Part shown: positions 13,120-26,130 of the stretch, in pieces
Numbering within the stretch: the stretch's first letter is position 1
How the letters are laid out: the number at the start of each line of letters is the position of its first letter
Assembly: GCA_013265495.1 (NCBI GenBank)
Contig: MU058584.1
Location: 7,964,407 to 8,028,406, forward strand
DNA from: Vicugna vicugna
Taxonomy: Eukaryota
Reading direction: 5' to 3'
DNA: 64,000 nucleotides
Made by a program: the position numbers and the translations under genes
The notes under the pieces: generated by a model
What the model saw: only the letters and a program-made list of their open reading frames with translations
Database searches by the model: none
Told to the model about the DNA's origin: nothing

Positions 13120-13316
13120 GTTTCCATGTGGGGATGCAAGCCCGGTATTATTAAGTCGTCCAGGTTTTCAAGAGCAGTCGGAAATAGAAATGTTTGTGAA
13201 ATTTCCTGATTTTTAAATGCTGGCACTGACTCATAGTTGAGAGAGCACCGAGTGAGCCAATCAAAACGTAACTGTGGGCTGGATTGGGCCCTGGGGCAGT
13301 TGCTTCGTGACCTCCA
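13120..13316. mobile_element. MER102-like hAT-Charlie fragment
   Basis: ttttcaagagcag...gtgaaatttcctgatttttaaatgctggca...gtgggctggattgggccc. Confidence 0.6.
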
Positions 13317-14024
13317 TTCTGGAGAGTCACTTGTGGGTTCCTTTCCTGGCCTCTGCCATGGCTGAGATCCAGACCAAAGTGTCCATGGAGGGAGTTCCTC
13401 CTTGTCTAATTTCCCCTTCCGTGTGTAGAAAGGTTTCCTAGCAGTGTCCCTTAGAGCGACTGTCCCCAGCCCTTCCCGGCTAGCTCTGTGCTCTCCTGCC
13501 TTCCTCTCTATATAGGTGCTACCAGGCTGGCCACACCAGAGGTGGCTATCATGCAAGCACTCTGTTCCTGGTGTCCTTATGTCTCGAATACATTAGTGTG
13601 GGCTTTAATGATGACCTGGGTGGTTCATTTGTGCTCAGAAAATATCGTTTGGAAGTAACTCTGGTCTTCAAAATTAATTTTGTTAAGTCTATTGCTTCTT
13701 AAAGCTTTTAGATTACATTTACAACAGGTATGTACATACAGATTGTAATCACGTATTATTTCTTATCAGTTAGAACTGGGGAAGAATTCGGATTTTGTGT
13801 TTCTCTTGCCAATGCCTTATCATAGCTGTCTGGATCGCAGACTAAGGGTGATTAGTGTTCCATGTTCATTGAGGCCCAGGAAGCTGGGAGTCTGGTTCAA
13901 AGGCACTGGGGCGTCAGAGAAATGGAGGATGGAGAGGCACAGGGTGCAGGCTCAGGAAGGAGACAGGAAGTTTCTTTCCCTCCCTTTCTCTCTTCTCCAG
14001 CCATCAGCGCTCCAAGTGGTCTAG

Positions 14025-14220
14025 TTGGAGTCAGAAAAGAACAGATTCTGAAGGCAGGCCCTCTAAGGTTGAGTCTCAGTTCTTCCCCTAACATGTGAGG
14101 TGACTTTGGGCTCATGACTTCGCCTCTTTGTGCTTTAGATTCCCCGTCTGGAAAGTGGGAGTATTAATATAGTATCTCATAGAGCTATTTTGAAGATTAC
14201 ATAAAATGGCCCAGTGTAAG
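14025..14220 (+). mobile_element. MIR SINE
   Basis: gtgactttggg...ctctttgtgctttagattccccgtctggaaagtggga...ctcatagagctattttgaagatta. Confidence 0.7.
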
Positions 14221-14682
14221 CAGAAGGCAGACAGATGGCTGTCTGTTTCGTGTGTGTGCGCGTGTGTTTTTAATTTGAATGTTGCCTTAGCATTTATTTT
14301 TTAAAGCCAATTACAGACAAAACTGAAGAATCACGAGACGTCCTCAGGAATTCCAGCTTCACTTACCCCGCAGGGCTGCCCAGGGGCCCTACAGAGGTCC
14401 AGATCCTTTTTAGTCTCATTTCCTTTCCAGTCTCAGTGTGGGCTTTTTGCAGAGAACTGGATTCTTCTCGGTCAGCGGTTTCCTTTTTACAGTGCTAGGG
14501 CTGAGGAGGGCGAGGAGGGGGCTGAGGGCTTGTCCTGGAAATCCTAGTGGACAGGTCTCCCCTGGGAGCTGTGGACGCCCATGGGTGTTTCAGACTAACG
14601 CCAGTGGCTGTCTGCTTCCCGTGGGTATCGGTGTGCATGTGTGTCGATGCTGGAAGTCAGTGTCCTGTTGGGTTATGAATTC

Positions 14683-14698
14683 TCGCCAGGTGGCAGCA
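14683..14698 (+). promoter_or_regulatory. CTCF core motif
   Basis: TCGCCAGGTGGCAGCA is close to the CCRCCAGGTGGCAG core and lies in unique, locally CpG-richer DNA. Confidence 0.5.
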
Positions 14699-17249
14699 AG
14701 AGTATTCTGTTGAGAAGTCACGAGGATTCAACGTCCTACTCAGGCCAGAGTAAAGACATGCAAGAGAGGAAGGCTTGTTGAGGACCGTTGTTACCATTCT
14801 GAAAGCAGCTAATTTGAGCTGGCAGGTCAAACTCCAATAGGAATTCAAAATACCATCTCCAAATAAAAACCGGGATGGGCTGGTTAGCTGGAGGAGAGGA
14901 GATTCTGTGTGAGGGGGGAGAATGCCTGGAGAAACCAACACGGGGTGACGGGAAGGAGCTCACAGAGTTGGTTCCCTGAAAGTTCACCTGTCGGTGTGAA
15001 ATTCAGGGTGAGATTTGAGTGTTGGCAGAGGGACCGGTTGCCTGTCTGGTTTACCTGGTGATGTCCTGAAGGTGTTCTCTTCCACACTTTAGCCCAGTCT
15101 TGCCATTATAGCTAATCTGTGGTCTCTAAAATGTCACCACTATAATATAAGTACAAGATACCCCTCCAGCCCCTTTGGGACACAATTTTAACTCATGTTA
15201 ATGGAGATATTTTCTTCTGATCAGTTTTTGTTACTTTGCAAGAGTGGATTGTCCCGAGAGAGGATGGGAAACAATAGATTTAAGTCAAAGATGGAGGGAA
15301 GGGTAAGAGTCTGTACCACAAGATTGGAATTTAGGGCTACTTCTCATGCATCATTTGGACTGAGAGCTTGGAGCTGGTGTGGCGGGGCCTGGCCCTGCGT
15401 TCACGGTGGGGCCATGACGATCTCCGGTTGAAAAGAAGCAATTTCACAGAACTCCCACATCTGACAAGGCCATTCTGCAACCACAGTGGAGCAAGGCAAA
15501 AAGATAGCACTCCATAATCACGTCTGAACACAGATAAAAAAGAGAGCGTTGTCTAAAAGGGACCACACAAATGACCAAACATGCTACTCTTCTGATTAAT
15601 AGGAGTGATTGGTTTTTTCTTTTTGTTTTTTTGATTTTTTGCTAATGAAAGCTTTGGCCATGTTTCATTCCTGGTACTTTCTAGGGAAGAATTACTGGGA
15701 TACCTAATCCTAGAATCCTGACAGCATCCCATCCAGAGCAGGGCCCTGCTTCCTTACTTCCTCCCCACAGATCACCTAACACAGAGAGCACCAGAAGCTT
15801 AGGAAGAGGAGAGAATTGGAGAACAGGCCAAAGAATAGGGAGACAAGGATGAGGCCAGAACCTCACTGCTTCACCAGGAGGTTTTGGGAGGGTCCCTGTT
15901 TCCATATGTTCAGTCACCAGAAGCCGAGGACCCTGACTGCATTTGCTGCTGCTGTGTGTCCTCTGCTCCAAGTCCTAGCAGAGGAGCCTGTGGGTCCTCC
16001 AAGAAGGCTGGCTGTCCGGAACAGGAGATGAGTTTGTTCAGCCCACTGACTCGTCTCCTTCCTAAGCAGCTGACTATTTCTTCTGATGTGGTTTTGTGGT
16101 TATACAGAGAGCAGCACTGCTCATGTGGACACGGTGTACTTTCAGTTTCTGAAAGTGAGTCATGTTGACTTTCCTCTTGGGAGTAAGAGTGACCCTTGCT
16201 CAAAAGGACTATATGACTAGAAAGAAGAAACACCAGAGGCCGCCAGGGCCAGAGTGTTCACCACTGTAGGGAGTCACGAGTTTCTGGGAGTGGTATGTGT
16301 CATCTCTGTAAGCCAGGTAAACTAGGGAGAGGCACTTGGTTTTGAATCTTCAAATATTTGCAGGTGTTTGCAGTCTCTGTTCTCACTCATCATTTGGAGT
16401 GAAGCTGATGGCCAAAGAGCTCAGGATCTACAGATGGACTCTAATACATTTACATTTGATCAGCCAGTTCATGATGGGGAAGTTTGCAAGAGGATTATTT
16501 GCTGTTATTATGTCTTTAGTTTTCGTGTCTACTAGCAAGCTGGTGACATTGGACCGTGATCCAGGTCCTATGAAATCTTGGCATGCCTGCTGAAAATCAA
16601 ACTTGAGCTCATGAAGAATCAGCCAGTGAGCAGAAGGGCTTTCTTCTAGGCTAACTCTGCTTTGTGGTTCCATTTGGTTAATTTTTCATGAAAACATGTA
16701 AAGCCAGGCTGGAAGATAGGTAGCAATCATGCCACCACTTCCGTGTCCTTGACAGAGAGAGATACCTTAAATAATTAGGCATTTCAAACCGTTGATGTTT
16801 TAGAAGTATGTAAAAACTGCTGCCACTTCATGGGACTGAATTTTTGAGGCAATTCCACACTCAATTCTTTTTAAGTCCTGGGCTTGTCATTTGGTAGTTG
16901 CTTTAAGGTAGATGGTAGCATCTGTTAGGACAGATTAGATTCAGTAAGGAGACTTATTAAACTGCTAATATTTTAGAAGATTGAACATGTGATAGCTATT
17001 TATGCACTTTCCATAAAATAGACTTATTAAAATCATAGTATATAAATATTGATTAAATGCTGTACCAACTGAGTCTTGGTTGCACTAGATAGATATAAAC
17101 TCTAGATTGCGTAAGCAGGAAAGGGACTTATTGGAAGACAGTTGCTTCTGAGAAGCAACAGGAAGGTAAGAAACCAGACTTCCATCAAAAGACAGTCACC
17201 ACCCTCATGCCAGGCTGGTGCAGGAGCTCTGTGTTTGTCCCGTTTCTCT

Positions 17250-19097
17250 TCAGACTGAGTTCTTAATCTTCCATGACACGAACCTCTCTGGCCATCAAAT
17301 GAAGTCTATGAACCTCTTCTCAGAGTGTTTTAAAATTTGCAAAATAAAATACACAGGCTTACAAAGGAAACCCATTTTATTGAAATATAGTTACCAAAAT
17401 TTATAAAAAATCCCAAATACATGCTATAGCAATATATGTGCTTTGTTATTAAGGCATTCAATAAAATTAACTGGTGGCTCAACTTCCTAATGTAACTTCA
17501 GCAGTGATGAGCATAAGTAGAGCTTGGGTATCCACTAATTCAGTAGCTTGTAATATCTGTAAGGGCTGCAAAGAAGGTGAAAAGATCTGTGACTTCAGTT
17601 GGTGACAAGGTCACAATGACGGTTAATCGCCTTGGGGTTCGTTTATTGCCTACATTCATAACTGAAGGAAATACTAGATCTTAGACGTTAGTGAAAATAA
17701 CAGTGTATATATTTTCAATTCAATTGCATGGATTTCCCTTAATTCTTTTTTTTTAAATTGAAGTTTAGTCACTTACAATGTGTCAGTTTCCAGTGTACAG
17801 CACAATGTCCCAGTGATGCATATGTATACATATATTCATTTTCATATTCTCTTTCATTAAAGATTGTTACAAGATACTAAATATAATTCTCTGTGCTATA
17901 CAGAAGAAATTTGTTTTTTAATCTATTTTTACATATAGTAGTTCACATTTGCAAATCTCAGACTCCCAAATTTACCCCTTTCCACCCCCTTTCCCCTGGT
18001 AACCATAAGATTGTTTACTATGTCTGCGAGTCTATTTCTGTTTTGTAGATGAGTTCATTAGTGTCCTCTTTTTTCTTTCTTTCTTTTTGTTTTAGATTCC
18101 ACATATAAGGGATAGCCTATGATATTATTCTTTCTCTTTTTGGCTTATTTCACATAGGATGACAACCTCCAAGCCCATCCATTTACTGCAAATGGCATTC
18201 TTTCTTTTTTATGGCTGAGAAGTATTCCATTGTACAAATATACCACAGCTTCTTTGTCCAATAATCTGTCAGTAGACATTTAGGTTGTTTCTGTGTCTTG
18301 GCTATTGTAAATAGTGCTGCTATAAACATTGGGGTGCATGTATCCTTTTGAATTAAAGTTCCCTCCAGATATATGCCCAGGAGTGGGATTGCTGGCTCAT
18401 ATGGTAAGTCCATTTTTAGTTTTTTGAGGAATCTCCATACTGTTTTCCATAATGGCTGCACCAAACTACATTCTCACCAACAGTATAGGAGGGTTCCCTT
18501 TTCTCCACACCCTCTCCAGCATTTATCATTTGTGGACTTTGGAATGATGGCCATTCTGACTGGTGTGAGGTGATACCTCACTGTAGTTTTGATTTGCATT
18601 TTTCTGATGATTAGCGATACTGAGCATTTTTTCATGTGCCTATTGGCCATTTATATGTCTTCATTGGAGAATTGCTTGTTTAGGTTTTCTGCTCATTTTT
18701 GGATCGGTTTTCTTTTTTGTTATCAAGTTGTATGAGCTGTTTATATATTCTGGCAATTAAGCCTTTGTCAGTCGCATCATTTGCAAATATTTTCTCCCAT
18801 TCCATAGGTTGTTTTGTTTTGCTTATGGTTTCCTTTGCTGTGCAAAAGCTTCTAAGTTTAATTAGGTCTCATTTGTTTATTTTTGCTTTTATTTCTATTG
18901 CCTGGGTAAACTGCCCTAGGAAAAAAAATTAAACAAAAACAAAAATAACCTCACACCATATACAAAAATAAACTCAAAGTGGCTTAAAGACTTAAATATA
19001 AGACAAGACACTATAAACCTCCTAGAAGAAAACATAGGCCAAACATTCTGTGACATAGCCTTAATTCTGTTTATAGACTGCAAGTTAAGAACTTCTG
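17250..19097. mobile_element. MER119-like hAT-Charlie element interrupted by an L1
   Basis: gttcttaatc...tacaaaggaaacccattttattgaaatatagtta; terminal gttaagaacttctg resumes after the L1. Confidence 0.7.
17747..19058 (-). mobile_element. Young L1 (1.3 kb) with 5' inversion
   Basis: ORF 18183-18464 (-) is the ORF2 C-terminus ([16 protein letters not shown]...CTPMFIAALFTIAK); orientation flips at ~18921-18947; TSD ccttaattct at 17737-17746 and 19059-19068. Confidence 0.92.
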
Positions 19098-19929
19098 TTT
19101 TAGACTGTGAACGACTTGAAGGATGGGCTATACCTTACTCAGCTTTGAGTGTACCTTATCTCCTTTCATGAAAGTTCTGAATGTGTTCCTCTAGGTGGCT
19201 AGGTTCTTTGACTACAATGAGTGGAACATTTTTTTCCCAAGCACTCATGGAAATATCTGAAAAATGGAATGACAGATCCCAAACATGGTGCTGATCACCA
19301 TTCAATACTGATGATTCTTGGCTTGGTTTTATATGGAGAAACCCACTCAGCTCTTTCTGCAATCATTACACTCCCCTCTTTTTCCCAGTCACACAAGCCA
19401 AACTCTTTGGAGCAATCTCTCCTTGGTTCCACTGTAGGACCTGGATGCTGTCCTGGATTGAATGGATAGTGAAACCCTAATATTGTCCTCTGGAAGGACA
19501 GCAGTGATTGTTCACCTAACCATCTCTGAGGAGAGGAAATTAACTCCTCTCCAGACAGAGGCAATGATTTTCTGTCATTATATTTCTGGCATTTTCCTTG
19601 ATTTATCAGAGTGTTGCTTTCTATCCCCGTTTGCCCATCTTCGGCTCTTCAGCAATTCTAGCTGCCTATTCTTGTTTTACAATCCTGTTAAGTTGGAACT
19701 GAGCAGCTTGCACTTACTAAGTGTTCATTAAAACTTTATTATGACAATACTATTGAAGGATTTTTTTTTATGAATTAGTGTTACTTGTCCTGTTACTAAC
19801 CCAAGTATCTGTTGTTTATTTGGACCTTGTATATCTGCATTGTGATGCTTTTGCTCCAGTGCCTCATTTCACATTTTAGTGACCTCCTCTAATAATCAGC
19901 AAAAAAAGTAAGAGCTGGAAAGGACTTAC

Positions 19930-20155
19930 AGACTGAGCACTTTTCCTCTTTTCTCCTTCCTGCCATCTTTATCTCATCATGAAGTACGGAAAGAAAAACA
20001 ACTCCATGTATCAAAACATGTCACAGAGAAAAACTCTTTAAAATATCTGGTGGATGAGAACAGTAACACAACAGCAAGCTCTCACAGTGACACGAGCTTT
20101 GAAAAGCTGTTGGGTCTTGCTGAATACTTTTCATGTCATTGATCAAGACATCTAC
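19930..20155 (-). other. Candidate minus-strand exon (probably non-coding or UTR)
   Basis: Acceptor tttcatcattctttcag|G and donor TCT|gtaagt on minus in unique sequence; all three frames contain stops. Confidence 0.3.
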
Positions 20156-20219
20156 CTGAAAGAATGATGAAATGCTTTTGAACTCAGAATATTAAGGCAG
20201 AAAATTCATTCTGACCCAC

Positions 20220-20500
20220 TCCACTCCATTTATTCCACGGACACTTTTTTGGATGTGGTCTGTGTACCAAGAGCTGTTGTTAGGGAACTCTTAGGAGAAT
20301 ACACCGTTGAGAATTAGATCACGTACCTGTTGGGAATTACGTCAACCCCGACATACAGCAGCGATTATTATCTGCAATAGGAAATGAGGAAACTGAGTCA
20401 CAGAGAACTAAAATGACTTGGTTATTTAAAATCACCCATCTATTTTTTCATCAACAACGAAATTAGAATTCTGAGTTTCTAAACTTCTATCCAGTTGTCT
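20220..20500 (-). mobile_element. L2 tail fragment followed by a MIR fragment
   Basis: tgtgtaccaagagctgt (L2) and atgaggaaactgagtcacagagaactaaaatgacttg (MIR). Confidence 0.55.
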
Positions 20501-22529
20501 TTCAGAAGGACAAGCACAAGTGCATGTTCATAGTAGAGTAGCATTTGAAGATCGCTCCCTTTTCAGAACTGTTTTTTTCAGTTCTGCTAAAACCAGCTAT
20601 TGACTGAATTCATTTTTCCTTGGAAGAGCACCAGCCAGCAGCTCTGACTTGAAGAGCTGAGTCCAGGCTTGCCTTCAGTCAACTGCCTGGAGCAGTTGGT
20701 GTGTTACTGCTTTTTTTTAGTCAAGAGAAAATAAAATTCACTTCAGCATAATTGTCTCTTTCTTTGAGGCATTCCTGTGTGACTTTGAGCAGGTGGTATA
20801 TGTAGTCTTGTACTTCTATTCACTTGGACGCCCATTCCTCAGGATTTTTAGGCTGGAAAGACCTGGGGGAGAGAACTACTGAATTCCCAGACGTGGTGAC
20901 CTGAGGCATTTCTGACGCATAAATTACTCCTGAGGTCTGGCCTCATAGGAAGAAACATTGGTCTCCTCTTTCTCCTATATTGTGCGAAAGTGTATTTTGA
21001 TTCATTCCAGTAACTGTTTGTGTAAGCACGAAATTAACTGAATTCTTGTCCTCCAGAAATAATTGTTTGAACGTAAGATAAAGAAGTAACTTCCCTTTTC
21101 TTCCCTTTTCCCCCTCCCCTCGTTGCTCCCTTCCTCTATTTTATTTTTTTCCCAAGAAATGTTTATTGAGTTTAGAACCAACCAAGGAATGGAGATATTG
21201 TATGAATAAAACATGACCTTTGGAGACAGGTAGAAGTTTCAGTGTAATGTGTTTTTCTGTAATGAAGATATGCATGAATTCAATGGTCTAGCTACTCAGG
21301 GTAGTTAGAGGAAGATTTATACCCCATGAAACCTGAACAGGGTCTTAGAGAATTGAGTGAAAGTCCAACATGTATGATTATTTATACTCATACATTAAAA
21401 ACTTAGTGTATTCCAAGAAATAAATGTTAGATTTCCCATAGACTAAACTAGTTTTTTGATTTCCTTAATTAGACTGAGGGAAAAAGAACTTAGATGGAGA
21501 ACTACGAAATGATGGAGAAGCCTGACTCCAACTCTAAAACGTGGCCTTTAAGAAATCGGCCAGAGACTCTGAGGTGCCAACGCCTCTACCAGAGTGTTTC
21601 CTGCGTCTAGGTGATCTGAGGGTTCTTGTGGGAGGTCTTTAGAACTAATGCCTGGCAGATTCTCTCCACCGAATATTGCTTTTCTAGCTCTTAGGGGGGC
21701 CCCAACAACTCAAAACTGGAATTGTTAGTTAAACCACAGCTTTGACTACTCAGCCCCCTGTCTCCAGTCATACTTGTCAGTTACCCCTACTCCCACACAG
21801 AACCTGCTTTTTTTGGCTGGGTGATGCCAGTAAACTCACCCCTGACTTAGGATCCGACCATATGGGAGGCTTAAAGCCCTATGGGATTCTCAGAATGTTT
21901 CACAGGGTGTCAAAATATTGATGGGGGACGGCCCCTATAGATGGTCGTGCCACCTGACCGCTGCCCACCCTCACTCCACACATATACATGACGCCTTTCT
22001 TCTAAAACTCACTTGCGGTAAATGCTAATGAGTAGGTATATGACTTAAAAGAATAATCAATTAACTCATTTTTGTAGACATATTTTTAGGAGAAAAGGCC
22101 TACTGACAAAATTAAACTTGAGGGGATCAATCCAGTTTCCTTTCAGTTTCCTAAACCTTCTGTCGCTACATGTATGTTCAATATATGTGATTATGAATAT
22201 TCAGACTGATGCCCTAAAAGAAACTGGTTGTTGGTTATTTTGTACTTCTGAATGCCAGAAATATTAGAGCAATAAAATTTTAAACAGGTAACTGTAGGCT
22301 AATTGTAGAATTAAATTGAAAATTCTCTCCCCTATGTGCTTGGATTAATTGATTTCTTAATGTAAAACTTCATATATTCTCCTATATTGTCTTAAATTAA
22401 AAAGGAATTTTTGGAAACACCGTTTTTATCAAACCAGAAAGAAAATCTGTTCAATTAAAAATGCATAGGAATGATAATTTTGCTTCGTATGTGTTGAATA
22501 ACTTTGCTTTCTTTGTGCCTGTATTTAAA

Positions 22530-22690
22530 CAGGGTTGCAAATCAAAATCACATGTGGAGCTTTTAAAAAATTATACTCCTTTTTCCACCCTCTGCCATTT
22601 CTGTTCACTGGATCTGGGATGATGTCTGAACACATTCATTTTAGAAATGATTTCACAGTGATTTTGATGCTTTTCCGTTTTGAGAACCAG
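22530..22690. mobile_element. MER5-like hAT MITE
   Basis: aatcacatgtggagctttttaaaa...gtgattttgatgc...tttgagaacca. Confidence 0.6.
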
Positions 22691-24235
22691 TTTCAGTTGT
22701 TTTCTTTTTAGCCTTTGCTATGTTACCTTCTCCCAATTTGCTGTGTAAAATTTATTGCATAGCTTTTCTTTCTTTGTACCTGATTACTTCACCCCTCCTT
22801 ATTTCAAAACAAATACAAAGAATTCAGAGGAGATGGCTGGCAGTACCTTGACATCCAGTAGATCCCAGTCAGATGGCTAGAATACAGGTTAGAGTTTCCT
22901 AGAGGATACAGAAGTCTGACGTAGGAGGAGAAAACGGAGACACCTTGGATACCCAGAGACCTGAGCAGGATGCAGATAGACTGGCTACCTGATAGGGATG
23001 GAGGAGCTGAGTCAAGGGCACTGCTGAAAGGCTGAGAGGAGCCTGCTCATGGGAGCAATGCAGAGGATTGTGGTCTCAGTGGTGGAGCTTTTGTATTTTG
23101 CCTTGTTGATCTCTTGGCTCCAGAGAGGAATGGATGATCTCACTGGGATCTGCTAGAATGGATTAGAACTATGGGAACAGATTGACAGTCTCAATTCAGA
23201 CAGTGTCAGAGCTTTAACTCTTAGTGGAATGCTTGAATCGTAATCACTGAATACCGCCACGAACCAGGAAGTAAACATCCATCATTAGTGGAAAACTACG
23301 CAAAGATGTGACTTGTGAAAGAGAGGACTCAAGATCACAAACATCTCGTTCCTATACCGGCACTCTTTTCTACTTTGAGCTAAACTTCTAACTTGAGTGT
23401 GCTGTAAGCCACGGATTTGAAATCTCATGTCCTCTCAGGTTTTTGCTTTCCAGCCTTGTAGGAATTTCCCCAGCGTCCCAGCACCCCCTGAGTTTCACTC
23501 CCTACTTGGGCTATAGCTTTCCAGGAGTTCTGTTGCTTCCTCTTCTTTCTTCCCTGTTTTTACAAACTCTGTGACACAATGACTGTCCCCTGCCTTTTAT
23601 GAAACCACACAAAGTCATAACAAGCCAATGATAATTCTCCAGTATGGACATCAGAGTTATTTTCTGTCAGTGTATGTTGGGAAAGGGTGTAGTGGCATTT
23701 GTTTCAAAGTTATTCTTTTTCCAATGGAGCAGTGTGATCACTATTCACTTTTTCATTTTTCTTTCAGTCTTGGTACTAAAAAGGTAATCAGTTCCTGAAC
23801 CTTAATGAGAAGTTTAATGGATAAGGATGATACGAGATGATTTTTGGAAAGAGATGTTTCTCTTTTAAACAAGAACAAAATGAATTATCTTCAGAGAGGA
23901 ACAAACCTTTAATTACATGATAATGAAACATAATGTGGTTTCTTTCTTAGAACAACTTGAAGCACTAAAATTAATTTCCACTAATCTGGAGTGAGAGGAA
24001 AGTTGCTTTTGGTAGATTCACTACCTGTAAAAAAGATGTGTTCATCATAAGCAGAATTTTAAAATGACAAATAGCTTTGTTTCAAGTGTAAAACACAGCC
24101 TCAGAGGACAAAGGAAAATTGAAATTTGCCAAAGTTTACCAGGATGTCCATGTATACATGTTTACAGTTTCAATTTTCATACCATTAGCTGTTGAACCTA
24201 GTAGACACACATGTTAGGTGTCATCTTTTCTATTC

Positions 24236-25516
24236 CCTTTTAAATCAATAGACTTTATTTTTAGTATAATTACAGGTTTACAGAAAAATTTAGAGTCCCC
24301 ATATTACTCCCCCTTCCCACACACACGCACAGTTTCCCCTATGATTAACATCTTGCATTGGTGTAGTATGTTTGTGACAATTGACGAACCCATATTGATA
24401 TATTATTAATTAAAGTGCATAGTTCACATTAGGATTCACTCTTTGTGTAACACAGTTCTGTGGCTTTTGACAAATGTGTACTATCCTATATCCACCCTCA
24501 GAGGAACCTACCGAATAGTTCAACTATCTTGAAAGTCCGCTGTGTTCTGCCTGTTGTCCCTTCTTTCTCCCTGAATCCCTGGCAACCTGGCAACACAGTA
24601 AAGATGGTGTTTTTCCTGTCTTTATAGTTTTGCCCTTTTCCCAGAATGTCATATAGTTGGAATGATACAGTATGTAGTCTTTTCAGGCTGGCTTCTTTCA
24701 CGTGGCAATATGCATTTAAGGTCTTTTCATGGCTTGGTAGCTCATTTCTTTTTACTGTGGAATGATGTTCTATTTTATGAATGTACTGCAGTTTGTTTAT
24801 CCATTTACTTACTGATGGACATCTTGGTTGTCTCTGGTATTTGGTAATTACGGGTAAAACTGCTATAAACATTCATGTGCAGGTTTTTGTGTGGACATAA
24901 GTTTTCAGCTCATTTGGATAACTACCAACAAGCACCGTTGCTGGGTTGTGTGGTAAAACTGTATTTTGTTTTGTAAGAAACTTCTAAGTTGCATTCCTAC
25001 CACGATGAGAGTTCTGGTTGCTCCACATCCTAGCCAGCATTTGCTGTTGTCAGTGTTTTGGATTCTTGCCATTTTAATTGTTGTGTAGTGGTATCTCATT
25101 ATTGTTTTAATTTATGTTTGAAGTGTTATTTTAAAAAATTATTTATTTATTTATTTATTTAGGGTAATTAGGTGCCCCTCCATTAAAATAAATAAATCCT
25201 GGGATTGAATGCAGGACCTTATGCATGCTAAACACACACTCTACCACTGAGTTATGCACTCTCCCTCATTGTTTCAACGTGCAACTTTCTAGTGACATAT
25301 GATGTTGAACATCTTTTCATATACTTGTTTGCCATCTGTGTATCTTCTTTAGTAAAGTGTCTGTTCAGAGCTTCTGCCCATTTTTCAGTGGGGTTGTTTG
25401 TTTTCTTCTTGTTGAGTTTTAAGAGCTCTTTATAAGTTTTGGATATAATTCCTTTACCAGATGTTTGTTTGGCAGATAATATCTTCCCATCTGTGGCTTG
25501 TCTTTTCAATCTCTTA
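24236..25516 (-). mobile_element. L1MC-type 3' end, interrupted by a SINE
   Basis: tagactttattttt...aacatcttgcattggtgtagtatgtttgtgacaattga 3'UTR; ORFs 24498-24872 and 25252-25509 (-) are ORF2 C-terminal remnants. Confidence 0.85.
25112..25265 (-). mobile_element. tRNA-derived SINE, camelid Vic-1-like
   Basis: gggattgaatgcaggacc...gcatgctaaacacacactctaccactgagtta is an antisense tRNA head with B and A boxes; (ATTT)n tail. Confidence 0.8.
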
Positions 25517-25919
25517 AGGAATCGATTTTTTAAAATTAGGTGTGTTCCACAAATAAGTAGTTTTCTTGGTTTTGTGGGAGGGCCCAGTTACAATGCTATG
25601 AAAGAGGAAGACAGGGAGATTTAGTAAGAAAAGTTTAATTCTCTTAGGTATGAGAACTTAACAGAATTATCACAGGGATTAGGAGGAACATCGTATGAAT
25701 ATCAAATTTCTTGGAATCAGTTGGACATCATAGGGGTGATGGGTGTCTTTTAAGAAGTAGCCTTGTCCTAGTGGGACATGTATGTTCTTGCTCGTGATTT
25801 TTATCCTGAAATTTCTGCCTTTCACTTCACACCATTTTTAGAATATTCGTTCTCTTGACTTACTGATCTCCTACCATTTACATCTCTGTCTGCGCCCCTC
25901 ATGTTTATTGCCCAGCATG

Positions 25920-26130
25920 CAGTATTGGATCATTAGCTTGGACTTTCATCGGATATGTTGGGCCTCTGCTCTCAGTTCCGTAACTTAGGAGCTGTGGGAC
26001 TTCAGGGAAGTTACCTTGTCATAGCCTATTTCCTGGCATGCCTGCCTCCCAGGCTTGTTGAAAACATTAAATTGTACGTGTAAAACATCTGGCATGGTAC
26101 CTGGCTCTGGTGCTCAGAACAACGTGTGTT
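25920..26130 (+). mobile_element. MIR SINE
   Basis: gctgtgggacttcagggaagttacc...gtaaaacatctggcatggtacctggc. Confidence 0.55.

Noticed and set aside
12496..13556. Overlapping 100-147 aa ORFs
   Set aside because: They overlap L2 and MER102 relics on both strands and look like chance ORFs
19975..20142. Plus-strand open frame HEVRKEKQLH...AEYFSCH
   Set aside because: No start codon or convincing plus-strand splice boundaries and no recognisable protein
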